From NCBI GenBank assembly GCA_964388035.1, contig CAYLZE010000032.1, positions 1-46,247 of the forward strand: DNA of 46,247 nucleotides, given 5' to 3'. Both the position numbers and the translations under genes were made by a program. This stretch comes from an uncultured archaeon. GTDB lineage: Archaea; Asgardarchaeota; Lokiarchaeia; Sigyniarchaeales; SOKP01. The notes below the pieces were generated by a model that ran no database searches, was not told the origin of the DNA, and worked only from the letters and a program-made list of their open reading frames with translations. Positions 18,346-28,390 of the stretch are shown here, one piece after another. The stretch's first letter is position 1. Every line of letters starts with the position of its first letter.

Positions 18346-19254
18346 CTACAAATCACCTGGACCTTTAACCTCCCTGAATCTTCCTCCAAGAATATTGACC
18401 ATGTCTGATGGAACTACTATCCAAGCTCCTTTTTCTTTCATTGATTCGTATAAAATATTCATGGCTCTCAGATTTAAGGCTACCATGTCACTCTCATAGA
18501 CGTGAGCTGCGTTAATAAACCGCTGCGCAATCTGCTCTTCTGAGCTTGCAAGGATGATTCTTGCTTGTCGTTCTCGTTCTGCTTGGGCTTGCCTGCTCAT
18601 AGCATCTTGTAAGGAAGTTGGGATAATAACATCCCTAATCTCAACAGATAGCGATTTAACACCCCATTCCTCCGTGTGTCTGTCAATAATATCCTGAAGT
18701 TGCTTAGAGATTTCCTCTCTTCCGGCAAGCATTTGGCTTAATTCTGTCTTTCCTATGATATCTCGAAGGCTTGTTTGGGCTGCCCAGGAAATAGCCGTGA
18801 TGTATTGTTGAACTGCTAAGGATGCTTTAATAGGATCGATCACGCGCCAAAAAAGAACAGCATCAACATTTACAGGAACATTATCTTTTGTTAAAGTCTG
18901 TTCCGCAGAAAAGGTTGTAGTGATAATACGCAAATCCAAGGAAAAGGGAATTTTATATATAAAGGGCATTAACCATAATATACCAGGTCCTCCCATCTTT
19001 TTAAATTTGCCAAGTCTCAGTGTTGGAACTCGAATCCATTCTGGAATGATATAAATACCCATGCACACTAATCCCAAGATGATTAAAAGTATAAATACGG
19101 TTAATAAAACTGTACTAATTACTACACCGAATATATCGATTGCAAAGATAATAATTATCAGTCCAATGATATCCACGTAAAAAAGAAAATTTCCTATCCC
19201 TCTAATCGAACTTCCACCGATACCTGACCCATATACGTTAGAAATTGCTTTCAC
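18346..19254 (-). CDS. SPFH/band-7 (stomatin-like) membrane protein; start uncertain
   Basis: GPGILWLMPFI, LTKDNVPVNVDAV, AQTSLRDIIG, WGVKSLSVEIRDV and QAQAERERQARII motifs, with N-terminal TM segments. Confidence 0.92.
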   Translation of the reverse strand: MKAISNVYGSGIGGSSIRGIGNFLFYVDIIGLIIIIFAIDIFGVVISTVLLTVFILLIILGLVCMGIYIIPEWIRVPTLRLGKFKKMGGPGILWLMPFIYKIPFSLDLRIITTTFSAEQTLTKDNVPVNVDAVLFWRVIDPIKASLAVQQYITAISWAAQTSLRDIIGKTELSQMLAGREEISKQLQDIIDRHTEEWGVKSLSVEIRDVIIPTSLQDAMSRQAQAERERQARIILASSEEQIAQRFINAAHVYESDMVALNLRAMNILYESMKEKGAWIVVPSDMVNILGGRFREVKGPGDL

Positions 19255-19797
19255 CTTTTTTTACTTAAAAATCTTTTTAAAACGCTTTTCATATGAAAAA
19301 CGACTTATGAACTATTTAAATCCGTGGTCTTAGAAATATAAACAGATGGAAATCCAAACTTACCTAAAAAAAGCCATGTAATAGACTTTCTTCTCTAAAA
19401 ATATTTTTTTTTTGTTAATCCTAATCGTTTGAACATAATTTTAAATTTCATAAAAAACAATTAAAAATTAAACAAAAAAGAGCCATTAATTCCTTTCCTT
19501 CACATTAAATTCTAATTATGATTTACTGATTTTATAAAAAGTACGAGAAAATGATTACTATCCTTACATTAAACTTTTAGGTATTGTAAAAACAATAAAA
19601 ATGACCTTTACTGCAATTGTATACCTATAACCTAAACTAATATAATATTCGTTTTAAGTAATTTCCAAAGTTATACACGATATTTGATTTTAAGTCCTTT
19701 GTTTTTCATGTTTTCATACCAAAAATTTGAATAATTTCAAAAATTCTATATTTTAAAGAAATTCTAGTATTTTAAATAAAAAACTTTTAATGAACTT

Positions 19798-20787
19798 GTG
19801 ATGAATAATAGACAATTGAAATTGACCATCCCAAAAGGCTCTCTACAAGAAGTAGTAACCAACTTTTTTGAGAGAGCCGGATTAAAGTTAAACTTTTCAT
19901 CCAGCAGGGATTATCGACCTTCTATTAATGATCCGGAAATATATCTTAAATTATTACGTCCTCAAGAAATACCAAATTACTTGATAGGTGAAGACGAATT
20001 TGATGTAGGGATTTCTGGTATTGATTGGGTGAAAGAGACTAATGCGGATGTGGAGATTGTGTTAGATTTAGAAATAGGAGGGGTAAAAATCGTATTTTGC
20101 GTTCCTACTTATTGGGATCACATCAAATCTCTTGATGATGTTCTCACTTCATTTCATGCAGAAAAAAAAGTATTTAGAATATCAACCGAATATTTAACCT
20201 TATCTTTAAATTATTTAATGAAAAATCCTACTTATCTTAATTTATATGGAGATAAAGCCCCTCTTGTAATAACCCCCTGGAAAAAGTGGGGTGAAAACGA
20301 TAAAGTAAAAATATTTTTATCTTTCGGTGCTACCGAAGCAAAACCTCCAGAAGAAGTGGATGCTATCATTGACAATACTCAAACCGGGTCCACCCTCAGA
20401 GAAAATAATTTAAAAATCGTTGAGATAATCGATCAATCGACAGCAGTGTTAATCGCAAATAAAAATGCCTTACAAGATGAATGGAAAAGCGAAAAAATTA
20501 AAGATCTTAAAGTTCTTTTAATGGGAGTAATCGAGGCTTCAAAAAAATTGCATATTTTTATGAATGTAGAGAAAAAGAATTTAGCCAATATTATTTCTCA
20601 ACTTCCTGCTTTAAAAAAACCTACGATATCGAAACTTGCCGGTGATGATTCTGATAACTGGTATGCCATTAATACCATAATCAAGAAAGAGGATTTTCTA
20701 AATCTCATTCCCTATCTGCGCAAATATGCTCAAGGATTAGTTGTCCATGAGCCAAGACAAATCCTTCCCTTAGAAGAAATTAAATAA
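19798..20787 (+). CDS. hisG: ATP phosphoribosyltransferase (long form)
   Basis: IPKGSL, RPQEIP, DVGISGIDW, GATEAKPP and DNTQTGSTLRENNL motifs, with a C-terminal regulatory domain (LPALKKPTIS). Confidence 0.95.
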   Translation: MMNNRQLKLTIPKGSLQEVVTNFFERAGLKLNFSSSRDYRPSINDPEIYLKLLRPQEIPNYLIGEDEFDVGISGIDWVKETNADVEIVLDLEIGGVKIVFCVPTYWDHIKSLDDVLTSFHAEKKVFRISTEYLTLSLNYLMKNPTYLNLYGDKAPLVITPWKKWGENDKVKIFLSFGATEAKPPEEVDAIIDNTQTGSTLRENNLKIVEIIDQSTAVLIANKNALQDEWKSEKIKDLKVLLMGVIEASKKLHIFMNVEKKNLANIISQLPALKKPTISKLAGDDSDNWYAINTIIKKEDFLNLIPYLRKYAQGLVVHEPRQILPLEEIK

Positions 20788-20801
20788 AACTTCTGTAGAT
20801 A

Positions 20802-22112
20802 ATGACTACATTAAATATAGTTAAATCTGAGGAGATTAATGAACAGACTCTTCCTCACTTTATTATAAGATCGGCAGTAAGTTTGGAAGATATTAAACTA
20901 GAAGTGCTAAATATCATTAATAACGTTAAGAATCATGGAGATCAAGCTCTCTTAGAATATACCAAGAAATTCGATAATGTGGATTTGACTCTAAATCAAA
21001 TTAAAATATCAAAGGAAGAAATTAATACTGCTTATAATTTGGTTAAAAATGAATTAATAACGGCATTGAGAATAGCTAAAAGAAATATAACGAAATTTCA
21101 TGAAGCTCAATTAAGGAAAGATTGGAGCATGCAAGTGATAAAGGGAGTAAATGCCGGACAAATATACCGACCTATAGAATCTGTAGGAATTTATATCCCT
21201 GGAGGGAAGGCAATATATCCCAGTACCGTTTTAATGACAGCGATCCCTGCCACCATAGCGGGAGTCAAAGAAATAGTGCTATGTTCTCCTCCCACTTCAA
21301 ACAATACTATCGCGCCAGAAATTCTTGTGGCAGCTAAAGAATGCAATATCACAAACATTTTCAAGATCGGGGGGGCACAGGCGATCGCTGCAATGGCTTT
21401 TGGCACGAACATTATTCCTAAGGTGCTTAAAATTATCGGTCCAGGAAATAAATGGATAAATGCAGCAAAGCAATTATTATCTAATCATGTTGCAATAGAC
21501 ACTCCAGCGGGACCTTCTGAAATACTCATAATTTCCGATGAGAATTCTCCCTTAGAATATGTCTTGGTTGATTTTATCTCACAAATAGAACATGATCCCG
21601 ATAATATGGGAATTATTATTTCACTTTCTGACAAGTTATTAGATGATATTAAGAACAATATTAAGTCATATATTGACCAATCGGAGCGAAAAGAAATAAT
21701 TAATTCCGCATTAAAAAATTCTTTATTAATAAAAGCAAGAGATATTCAAGAAGCAATAAGAATTTCTAATTTAATTGCCCCCGAACATCTGGAAATTATG
21801 GTTTCCAATTATCGTGAAGTGATGGGAAAAATAACGAATGCAGGAGCAATTTTCTTAGGGCCCTATTCTCCCGTCCCTCTCGGTGATTATAGTGCAGGAA
21901 CAAATCACGTGCTTCCTACTGGGGGAAATGCAATGAAATATTCGGGATTGAACGTGGATCAATTCCTTAAAGTGATTGATGTGTTAGAATGTGATGAATT
22001 TGGAATTAGAGAACTGTCACGTTCGGCAACCACACTTGCTGATTTTGAAGGTCTAACTTATCATAAAAAAGCTATCCTTGAAAGATTGAAAGAAAAGAAT
22101 AAAATCAATTAA
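20802..22112 (+). CDS. hisD: Histidinol dehydrogenase
   Basis: GIYIPGG, GGAQAIAA, GPGNKW, IDTPAGPSE, QIEHD, APEHLE and GDYSAGTNHVLPT motifs. Confidence 0.97.
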   Translation: MTTLNIVKSEEINEQTLPHFIIRSAVSLEDIKLEVLNIINNVKNHGDQALLEYTKKFDNVDLTLNQIKISKEEINTAYNLVKNELITALRIAKRNITKFHEAQLRKDWSMQVIKGVNAGQIYRPIESVGIYIPGGKAIYPSTVLMTAIPATIAGVKEIVLCSPPTSNNTIAPEILVAAKECNITNIFKIGGAQAIAAMAFGTNIIPKVLKIIGPGNKWINAAKQLLSNHVAIDTPAGPSEILIISDENSPLEYVLVDFISQIEHDPDNMGIIISLSDKLLDDIKNNIKSYIDQSERKEIINSALKNSLLIKARDIQEAIRISNLIAPEHLEIMVSNYREVMGKITNAGAIFLGPYSPVPLGDYSAGTNHVLPTGGNAMKYSGLNVDQFLKVIDVLECDEFGIRELSRSATTLADFEGLTYHKKAILERLKEKNKIN

Positions 22113-22200
22113 TAACTATTTTTAATTAGAAATTTATAAATAGAGAGTCCTTTGGAATCTTTAAAATAGCGATAAATAAATTTATATTATTAGGTTAATC

Positions 22201-23292
22201 ATGAACCTTAAAAATTTAGTTAGAAAAAATGTGGTAAATTTTACTCCCTATACATCCGGTGAGCAACCTTCTAATGGCGATTGGATAAAATTGAATTCTA
22301 ACGAAAATCCTTATCCCCCTATCTCCGAGATAATGGAAGATTTGAAAAATGCGATTAACGATAATCTCAGAAAGTATCCCGATCCTTTAGCAACCCAAGT
22401 TCGTAAATTATTAATATCCAATTTCTTGAAAAAAAAATATAATATTACCAATCCCGATTCAATATTCATTGGAAATGGCTCGGATGATATTCTTGAAGTT
22501 ATATTTAAAACTTTCATTGATGTTAATGATGGAGTTGTTTTTTTTAATCCTTCATATGCTATGTACCCAGTACTAACAGATCTTTATAATGGAAAAGCTA
22601 TTAAAATAGATTTGGATGAAAATTTTGATATTCCCGATTCCAAGCTGGATTTAAAAGGTAAGTTATTTATTATCAATTCCCCGAATAATCCAAGTGGCAA
22701 GTCTTTTTCGAATGAAACTATTTTGAAGTTGAGCAAAAATTTTCCTGGAATTATCATTATCGATGAAGCTTATGCGGACTTTTCTAAACAATCTGCTTTA
22801 TCTATAGCTTCTAGAATTGATAATATGATAGTCATTCGAACTTTTTCTAAGAGTTTTTCCTTAGCCTCTTTAAGAATGGCATTTGCCGTCGCAAATCCTG
22901 ATATTGTTCAAGAGTTAAATAAAGTTAAATTACCATTTAATACAAATTATATGGCTCAAGCTGCCGCTATCTCGTGTTTAAAAAATATTGATAAAATTTT
23001 TTCCCGAAATAACCAAATCATCGAGCAAAGAGAATTTCTAATTCATGAATTGAATAAATTTGAAGGAATCAAGGTTTTTCCATCCGATGCTAACTTCGTT
23101 TTAATTAAATTTTCAGATGAAGAAGAAGCAAAGAAATACCTTAATGAATTGAAAAACCAAAAAATTCTCGTAAGATATTTTAATAAAAATGGCTTAAAAA
23201 GTTATATAAGAGTCACTATTGGGAAAAAAGAAGAGAATCTTATCTTCCTAAAAGCTTTTAATCAAATTTACAATAAATCCCTCAATAATTAA
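22201..23292 (+). CDS. hisC: Histidinol-phosphate aminotransferase
   Basis: KLNSNENPY, GNGSDD, SPNNPSG, DEAYADF, PLP-lysine motif RTFSKSFSLASLR and IRVTIG. Confidence 0.95.
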   Translation: MNLKNLVRKNVVNFTPYTSGEQPSNGDWIKLNSNENPYPPISEIMEDLKNAINDNLRKYPDPLATQVRKLLISNFLKKKYNITNPDSIFIGNGSDDILEVIFKTFIDVNDGVVFFNPSYAMYPVLTDLYNGKAIKIDLDENFDIPDSKLDLKGKLFIINSPNNPSGKSFSNETILKLSKNFPGIIIIDEAYADFSKQSALSIASRIDNMIVIRTFSKSFSLASLRMAFAVANPDIVQELNKVKLPFNTNYMAQAAAISCLKNIDKIFSRNNQIIEQREFLIHELNKFEGIKVFPSDANFVLIKFSDEEEAKKYLNELKNQKILVRYFNKNGLKSYIRVTIGKKEENLIFLKAFNQIYNKSLNN

Positions 23293-23340
23293 TATTGTTA
23301 TCAAAACATACCTCAGAATCACAAATTAAGGAGATGACAA

Positions 23341-24489
23341 ACGGTTTTCTTTAATCAAGATCCGATTGATGTTATAAAATGTCCTAATTGTGGGTATAAA
23401 CTGATTAAACCATATCCTCTAGATAAGAAATGCCCGAAATGCAAGAAGGTTGTAGAAGATTTACAAGACTTGCCAAAACCAGCACCCAAAGAATTTCAAA
23501 CCATGAAGAAGACCGCCTCTATTAAATTGTGGGGAAAAGTTAAAGTCAAAACAGACCAAGTAAGAGAAGGACACGTTGTTAATGGAGATAAGATTGTTTT
23601 AAAGGATAATGAATACATAAAATTATTCGGAATTACTTCTGTTAATAGAACCCCTCTATTTTGCAGCAATCCTAATTATGAATACTTATTAGAATTGACA
23701 AATAATTTAGATTTCATTGCAACCGGTATTTTAGGAGGAGAATTGGACAAGATGCTTCTCATTTCCGAAGAAACTAATCAACAGGAAAAATGCCAATTTT
23801 ACGTAAAAAATGATATTATCTATATCGTTTATGGTGTTTTTCCCGATAAAAAAGGAAAATGGTTATTAGAACAAATGCAAATTCTATTTTCTGAATTAAC
23901 AAGGGAAAAAGATATCAATAATTTAGACAAGATTGAAACCTATGAGATCAAGAAAGAATTTGATCGCCGCATACATTTCATTTTAAAAGAATATGTAAAG
24001 CTTCAAGAGGTTTTTTCGGATCAAGATTTACCCTATATCGATCCGTTTGTGAGAATTGATTATCTAGGACTGTCCTTTAAATCAATAGGAGTTATATCTT
24101 TATTAATAGGGGACGAATTAAATGTAGAAGTAATGGGGGAATTTGAAAGTGAAGAAGAAATATTAGAAATGAAAGAATCGATTCTAACTGCTAAAATCGA
24201 AGCCATCGCGGCCAATACCAGAGGAAATACAAAGGCAATACCCCGATGGATTGCTGTTAAATTGGGTTTTCAGCAATATAGATTCCTTACTTTTAAAAAG
24301 TATCAAGAAGATTATTTTTTATGCTTTTTATGTGAAGGAAACCTACGAAAAGTGGAAGTAGCCGAGAATAAATTAGATCACTTTTTAATCCCCGCTACAG
24401 AAAAAGAATTCAAGGGGGATCTTAAGCCATTTAATTCATTAAAATTAACTTTGATTTCCCTTTTGAAAGAATCCAATAAATTTTCTTAA
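23341..24489 (+). CDS. Zinc-ribbon + longin-like domain protein; N-terminus extends upstream of the track start 23470
   Basis: The frame is open from 23338 and encodes TVFFNQDPIDVIKCPNCGYKLIKPYPLDKKCPKCKK before TTG 23470. The body CQFYVKNDIIYIVYGVFPDKKGKWLLEQMQILF...EFDRRIHFILKEY resembles Sec22/VAMP7-type longin domains. Confidence 0.65.
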   Translation, partial: TVFFNQDPIDVIKCPNCGYKLIKPYPLDKKCPKCKKVVEDLQDLPKPAPKEFQTMKKTASIKLWGKVKVKTDQVREGHVVNGDKIVLKDNEYIKLFGITSVNRTPLFCSNPNYEYLLELTNNLDFIATGILGGELDKMLLISEETNQQEKCQFYVKNDIIYIVYGVFPDKKGKWLLEQMQILFSELTREKDINNLDKIETYEIKKEFDRRIHFILKEYVKLQEVFSDQDLPYIDPFVRIDYLGLSFKSIGVISLLIGDELNVEVMGEFESEEEILEMKESILTAKIEAIAANTRGNTKAIPRWIAVKLGFQQYRFLTFKKYQEDYFLCFLCEGNLRKVEVAENKLDHFLIPATEKEFKGDLKPFNSLKLTLISLLKESNKFS

Positions 24490-24679
24490 GGAATAATGAA
24501 CATTAAAGTAGGGATTAAAGCCAAAAATGCGGCGAAAGTAAGGAAATAAAAGGGAAGATACAATAATATCGCATCTAAGTAAGTAATTAATATTCAAAAA
24601 TCAATTACTTTTTCACTATCCCTGTTGGATATAAAAAGAATAAGGGGATTTAACTTTTTATCTCATGGTATAATATTCA

Positions 24680-24937
24680 TTATTCTTTAACGTCTCTTAT
24701 TTTAGATTTAACCATGTTGATTAACCGTTTTCCCGTTTGCTTTATTACCTTTTTGTAATCAGGAGCATTCTTAGCTTTATAATATTCTTTCAATTTTTGA
24801 ATATCAAAATCACTTGCCTTATTTTCAAAACCACATTGCTCGCAATAAACCGAATGGTCTTCCATCAAGGAATTTACTAAATCTTCAGGTAATCTCGCAC
24901 CGCATTCAGGACAATTGAGTATTGGTTCTTCAGTCAT
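24680..24937 (-). CDS. Small zinc-ribbon protein
   Basis: CPECG and CEQCG pairs in 85 aa. Confidence 0.75.
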   Translation of the reverse strand: MTEEPILNCPECGARLPEDLVNSLMEDHSVYCEQCGFENKASDFDIQKLKEYYKAKNAPDYKKVIKQTGKRLINMVKSKIRDVKE

Positions 24938-25147
24938 GATTTAAAATCAATGAATTTTTATGAAAATGAAAACTAACCTAATTAATACTAATGATATTTA
25001 GCTATTAAAATATAATTTTTCCCTTTTTTTAATTAATTGAGGATTATTTAAGAAGGGTTTTTAATATTAAAAATGTCCGAATTCAATAGAATTTCTACAT
25101 TTTTCCATGGATTAATTAAAAATAAAAAAATATCAAGGTAAAATAAA

Positions 25148-26125
25148 ATGGTAAATATAATGGAAGAACAATCTTTAGATAAAATTCTGCAAGATTTTCA
25201 AAATAATGCTATTAGTATTGATAGCTTACTCAACTATTTCTTTTCTATCATTGAAGACTCTGACGATGAGGAATTAAGAATAAGTTATATTTTATCATTT
25301 AAGAATATAATTCCCCTTCTAAAATTAACAATCAAACATAAAATTTACATGTTTCTGGAACAGTTGCTCGTTTCTGATAACCAAAGTTCAATAAAATGTT
25401 CTGTAATATCCGTGCTTCTTTCTTGTTTTAAAAAAAAAGCTTTTAATTTATTTACATGGAGCCTCCACCATGAAACAGATTATTATTGTATAGTAGCTTT
25501 ACTTAAAGCCTTGGCACAAATAAAAAGTAGAGAATCAAGAAAAATCTTGCTTCAAGAATTAGAAAAAATTCAAAAGAACTCTTTTATCAATAAGAGAAAA
25601 CAAATTGATAATAAAAAATATAAACATGAATTAAAACTGTTATTTGAAAAGAAGATAATTTTCTCTCTATCTCATGTAGAGCTGGCGGATATTCTAATTA
25701 ATTTTCATACCATCAAAAACCTAAAAGAAAAGTTTTATACCGTATACTTCGAGCTGGAAAAGGGGAATGTTATCGAATTAGATTTATCAGATGTTGAATA
25801 TGAAGTGAGAGGATGGAAGCCCGAATTTAAAAATAATATAACAAGTTTGTTAGAAATCACGGGGTTAGAAAATCTAAAAAATTTGCGAAGATTAGACCTT
25901 TCTAACAATCAATTACGTGATATTCGGGAATTAATGGGATTAAAAAAGATAACGCATCTCATGCTAGCAAATAACAAGATCGAAAATGCCGAAGATATTG
26001 CTTGTCTGAATAAGATGGAGAATCTGAAGTATTTAGAAATTATTGGAAATAAAATTGCAGATAAACAATTTATTCAGGAATTTAATCCACATGTAGAGAT
26101 CCTATTAAAACGGGAGTGGAATTAA
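25148..26125 (+). CDS. HEAT-like + short leucine-rich repeat protein
   Basis: Same N-terminal module as the other LRR paralogues (LEQLLVSDNQSSIK...WSLHHE...LADILINF), with 3-4 SDS22-like LRRs. Confidence 0.85.
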   Translation: MVNIMEEQSLDKILQDFQNNAISIDSLLNYFFSIIEDSDDEELRISYILSFKNIIPLLKLTIKHKIYMFLEQLLVSDNQSSIKCSVISVLLSCFKKKAFNLFTWSLHHETDYYCIVALLKALAQIKSRESRKILLQELEKIQKNSFINKRKQIDNKKYKHELKLLFEKKIIFSLSHVELADILINFHTIKNLKEKFYTVYFELEKGNVIELDLSDVEYEVRGWKPEFKNNITSLLEITGLENLKNLRRLDLSNNQLRDIRELMGLKKITHLMLANNKIENAEDIACLNKMENLKYLEIIGNKIADKQFIQEFNPHVEILLKREWN

Positions 26126-26220
26126 AAACTTGTTCGAATTCTCCTATAACAAATTCTATTCTAAAAATTAATAAAAAATAATAAATTTAGGAAAAAAAAA
26201 GTTAAATAATTCAAAAATAT

Positions 26221-27357
26221 TTATGTTTTAGCTTCAAGTTTTTCTGATTCTTCTTGCTCTTCGGGCTTTTCTTCTTCTTTAGTCGCATAATAGGCATCTT
26301 CCAGTACTGTGAGGTACTCGGTCAGCACTTCTCCGGCTTTCGACTTGTTCTCGTATTGCTCCCGGATCACGTTGAGCACGTAGCTGGGAAAGACCAGATC
26401 GATGTAAAAATCGCTAATAAGGGCATAATACTCGTTATTCCGCTCATCTTGGAACACTTGGATCATCTTGTTGTCCCATAAAGCCTTGAGCACGGCATCC
26501 ACGTCTTCCACGCCCTTCTTCTTGAGTTTTTCCAGATCGTTGCGGGTCACGATTGCCGTGCGCAACAAGCGCAAGGTCTCGTATACCTGGGGATCGATGA
26601 ACACGTCCACCACCCGCAGGTTATCCTCCTCGGAAGGCAAGTATCCCTGAAAAAACGTGCGGATTTCAGTCTTGTAGTCCTCCGATAATTGAGAAGGCAA
26701 GCCCCGATCTGCTGGATTCTTGGAGAGAGTTACTGGCGGTACCCGCATCATCAGCAAGTCGTTGGTGAGAAAGATGAGTTCCGAAGGCATGCCTTTTACC
26801 GATGTTTCCTTGATCAGCTCCCGCTTGATCAACTCGATCAGCACTCCCTCTAAATCCACGAAACCCTGCTTGTAGCGATCTTTCAGCCAAACCATCAACT
26901 CGGACTTGGAAACCACGCCCTCATCCCGCAAGCGGTTGAGGATCATGCGCTTGATCTCATCCTGATAGGTCATGGCGAGTCGTTGCTCGGTACTCAAGGT
27001 GGGATACACCGACAAGCGCCGGAACAGGGAGGGAATCATTGTCACGTAGGCATCATCCTCCAGGTTCTGCAGGATGGTGCGCGCCACGTCGGTCAATCCG
27101 CCCTCATACGCATCCGGGTCATCATCCAAGTTCAAGAGTAATAGAATGTAATAGCCCTTTTCCGGTCCCGTGTAATACGACGCGATGTTAAGGGCTCCTA
27201 CCATCAAGCTGATCATGCCCGATTCCCCGCTGTACTCGTGCGTGCTATAGACCTGCATGAGCGTCTTATCCGTGACATTGATCTCCTCGGGGTATTTCGC
27301 CAAGATTTCGGTGCCTACCCGCTCATCCCATCGCATTACAACTAATCCCACGGGCAT
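26221..27357 (-). CDS. Cytoplasmic longin/uDENN-like + tandem winged-helix protein, copy 1
   Basis: N-terminal VVMRWDERVGTEILAKYPE resembles the first strands of NPRL2/C9orf72-type uDENN longins, followed by two wHTH-like segments. The start overlaps the upstream stop (TAATG) with a GGAGGTG SD. Confidence 0.65.
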   Translation of the reverse strand: MPVGLVVMRWDERVGTEILAKYPEEINVTDKTLMQVYSTHEYSGESGMISLMVGALNIASYYTGPEKGYYILLLLNLDDDPDAYEGGLTDVARTILQNLEDDAYVTMIPSLFRRLSVYPTLSTEQRLAMTYQDEIKRMILNRLRDEGVVSKSELMVWLKDRYKQGFVDLEGVLIELIKRELIKETSVKGMPSELIFLTNDLLMMRVPPVTLSKNPADRGLPSQLSEDYKTEIRTFFQGYLPSEEDNLRVVDVFIDPQVYETLRLLRTAIVTRNDLEKLKKKGVEDVDAVLKALWDNKMIQVFQDERNNEYYALISDFYIDLVFPSYVLNVIREQYENKSKAGEVLTEYLTVLEDAYYATKEEEKPEEQEESEKLEAKT

Positions 27358-28390
27358 TAGATTGCACCTCCCTCCAATTTATCTTCCTTGAGATCGGGCA
27401 GGGTTTTTCCCTTCTTGGATTCTATGCCCAGAATCTGCTCCAAGGAAAGGCCAATGGCTTTCCACTTGTCTCCCATCAATTCCGCCATCATTTCTTTCTT
27501 GGAAGGATAGGCCAGTGCTTCGGGAATGTTCTCTTCGGCTTTAATGTTCTTTTTCATCTTCCGCACGTCTTTCACGAACTTGGGTATTTTTGCCACTTGA
27601 ATGTAGCGATAAGTCGCTAAACTGCCCACCACTGCCCCAATGCCCACCACCAAGAGAATGAAGTAAAAGGTGGGGAATCCCGGAAGGATCTCTGTCATGC
27701 CCACCACGAGGGTAAAGGGAATGGTTTGCGTCTCGTAATTATGCTTCTCCACGGTGAAATTACCGGTCAAAGTCTGCGGGGTGAAAAATGCTTGGTAAAT
27801 TGGGTCGGACGTGTCAATGGTCAGGGTATAAACACCTGTTTTCTCCTTCTCGGTTAACGTAAAAGACATTGCTAATTCCGTGATATAGAGCGTGACCGTG
27901 GCTCCTGACAAGGGTACCGTAGCTTGCGTGCCGAGCGAACTGCTGGACGCTCCACCCCGGGTTAAATCAGTTAAGGTGAGAGAAATTACGACCGGTTGCC
28001 CTTTCACCACGCTCACCGTCGTTCCGGTGCCATTATTTAGGCTCAAGGAAGTGGAAAAGACACGTTTTTTGATTTCGAAGTTAATGATAGCGGCTCTGGC
28101 TTCGTAGTTATTTTTTTCAAACACCAAGTAAATGGAATATTCTCCCACTTCTTTTCCCGAAGCATTAAAGTCGAGCTTATAGACGTTTTTATATAATTTC
28201 AAGTTAATATTCTTGCTGAGCTCAATTGGAACGCCCTTCGCATCTAATTCTGACCAGTAATAATAAGCCTCATCCGCATTTGTTATTCTTGCGCCCGAAA
28301 GGGAATCCTTGAATGCATAATAGAAGATAAAATCATTACCCACCCAAATGCTGGTGGAATTATGCAGCGATCTCGTGGTACCGTTTATTT
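26228..28390. repeat. Direct repeat copy 1 (period 5805 bp); perfect core 26395-27728
   Basis: Line-by-line comparison with 32033-34200 showed no differences over 1334 bp. First flanking mismatches are at 26394/32199 and 27729/33534, and identity decays beyond about 28060. Confidence 0.95.

Noticed and set aside
19260-19797. Long intergenic regions (also 17950-18340 and 31680-32020) as ncRNA or hidden genes
   Set aside because: Very AT-rich, with no convincing stems, C/D box pairs or ORFs visible. Consistent with promoter/terminator DNA.
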